DNA of 64,000 nucleotides, from NCBI GenBank assembly GCA_963677495.2, contig CAXXOU010000001.1:672001-736000 (forward strand), written 5' to 3'. Source of the stretch: Candidatus Cloacimonadales bacterium (lineage in GTDB: Bacteria > Cloacimonadota > Cloacimonadia > Cloacimonadales > JAFGVF01). The first letter of the stretch is position 1; each line of letters opens with the position of its first letter. Shown here one piece after another: positions 62,727 through 64,000 of this stretch. Position numbers and translations under genes: made by a program. The notes beneath the pieces were generated by a model, which worked only from the letters and a program-made list of their open reading frames with translations, made no database searches and had not been told where the DNA came from.

Positions 62727-63006
62727 ATAGCTTGAAAAGCTATATTGTGGAAGCTTTTCGTGAACTGAAATTAGTATTGACTGAAGAGATGTCAGCTGTA
62801 GAGAACATACTTGGAATGTAATATTCTAAATTACGGTCAGTGGAAGCTGACGACTCTGTCGTCACAGCAACTCAGGAGAGTCGCAGTACAATGTAATGCG
62901 AGTGCTCTCAATTGCTCAAAACTCATTCAGCTTGTTTTAGCCTTGAAAAGGCGTCTGTTCAATAGTCACATGCTTTGGCATGTGGTAAACTTAATCTAAA
63001 AAGATG

Positions 63007-63134
63007 TAGCCCTAAAGGGGCGTAAGATTAACATTATTAGCGATCAGGCGCCCCTTCAGGGCTAATCTTGACCGTGAACTTTAACCCCAAGCGACAAGTC
63101 GCATGGGGCTATTGAACAATCGCTCTTTCAGAGC
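63007..63134. repeat. Multi-hairpin REP-like element (GCCC-n-GGGC family)
   Basis: TAGCCCTAAAGGGGCG / CGCCCCTTCAGGGCTA, CCCCA..TGGGG, GCTCTTTCAGAGC. Confidence 0.7.
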
Positions 63135-63188
63135 TTAATATTTTCCATTACTATTCCTTATTTTCTCTATTACAATTCCTGCGAAACA

Positions 63189-63261
63189 CTTTGGCATTAC
63201 TTGAGCAACACTTGAGGATATGCCCAAGAATTGGACAAGTGATTCGCAAGCTATTCGGAAG
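63189..63261. repeat. Dyad-symmetric 11-bp-periodic array
   Basis: CTT(T/G) at 63189/200/211; CAAG at 63225/36/47, GAAG at 63258. Confidence 0.7.
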
Positions 63262-63314
63262 AGATGAATTACTATTGTAAGAGAGAAAAAAATGAAAATA
63301 CCATCTGCAATCTG

Positions 63315-63545
63315 TACCTTTGGAATGGTTGAAAACCTTGCAAATGGTGCACTACGAAGGAACTAATCGCATTTTAGGGAGTTTGCCGGAGTTGAACGCA
63401 GTGAAACAATAGCGGACTTCCTAAATTCTTAAGTTGAATGATACACTTCGAAGGAAGAAACACCCCACCGTTAAAACGGCACCCCTCTACAAGAGGGGAA
63501 TGTCCAAGAGCACCATTTCGAAGGTCTGCAACCCTTCGAAAGGTA
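63315..63545. repeat. Inverted pair of family A REPs (63315-63350, 63510-63545)
   Basis: Two 36-bp copies facing each other, enclosing further hairpins such as 63461-63501. Confidence 0.85.
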
Positions 63546-63604
63546 GAATCGAATTGCCACAGTTCGCTATTGCCCAACTCCCTGAAATGCGGTCAAATCT
63601 CCTC

Positions 63605-63751
63605 CTCACTCCTCTGCCACAATTCTAGACTTTATTCCATCTCAAACTTCCCAAAAACGTATCAGTTACCTGTTAAGGAAAAACAACATTTCAATAGGGT
63701 TTCAATAGGTGTCTCCTTGGAAATGGATAACAATTGTAGCAGAGCAATGAG
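63605..63751. repeat. 147-bp element, copy E3
   Basis: CTCACTCCTCTGCCACAATT / AATTGTAGCAGAGCAATGAG (17/20); internal TTTCAATAGG twice at 11-bp spacing. Confidence 0.75.
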
Positions 63752-63814
63752 ACTTTAATCACTATTAGCGATATGCTTCAATACCCAATTTCATCTTCTT
63801 ACTACTCATTCGCT

Positions 63815-63942
63815 ACCCGTTAGCTTCCCGTTAGATCCCCGTTAGAAACTCGTTATTGAGAATGGGAATTGGATTGGAGTCAGATGGGTATAAGATGCAA
63901 GTTCGATTACTATTAAGATAGTGCAACTAAACACGATGTCCA
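63815..63942. repeat. Inverted copy of 47588-47715
   Basis: CCCGTTAG three times at 11-bp spacing plus homologous flank. Confidence 0.85.
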
Positions 63943-64000
63943 TTAATCAGAAGAATTGAAATGAAAGTATTTATTCTGCAAACAACTATAACAATGTCAA

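Overview
AT-rich bacterial chromosomal window. Gene content (many secreted proteins with YPNPFNP...KMLLMK C-terminal domains, two PorV-like barrels, a gingipain-like C25 peptidase) suggests Candidatus Cloacimonadota or a related FCB-group anaerobe; this is inference. Housekeeping genes (efp, greA, nfo, glyS, PTS-IIA) are interleaved with large secreted proteases and adhesins. No rRNA, tRNA, CRISPR, transposase or integrase was recognised. Most notable: (1) a coupled operon (36458-40644) of four 2x[4Fe-4S] proteins with Sec or lipoprotein, not Tat, signal peptides, plus a beta-barrel and a DsbD_2-like membrane protein; (2) a family of ~146-bp intergenic elements with co-varying terminal inverted repeats and 11-bp-periodic cores, plus dyad-symmetric 11-bp arrays; (3) a probable sigma54-driven sRNA with anti-Shine-Dalgarno loops (~50390-50540); (4) orphan or duplicated secretion-tail fragments and REP-like mosaics. 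All family calls are by motif recognition only; no searches were run.
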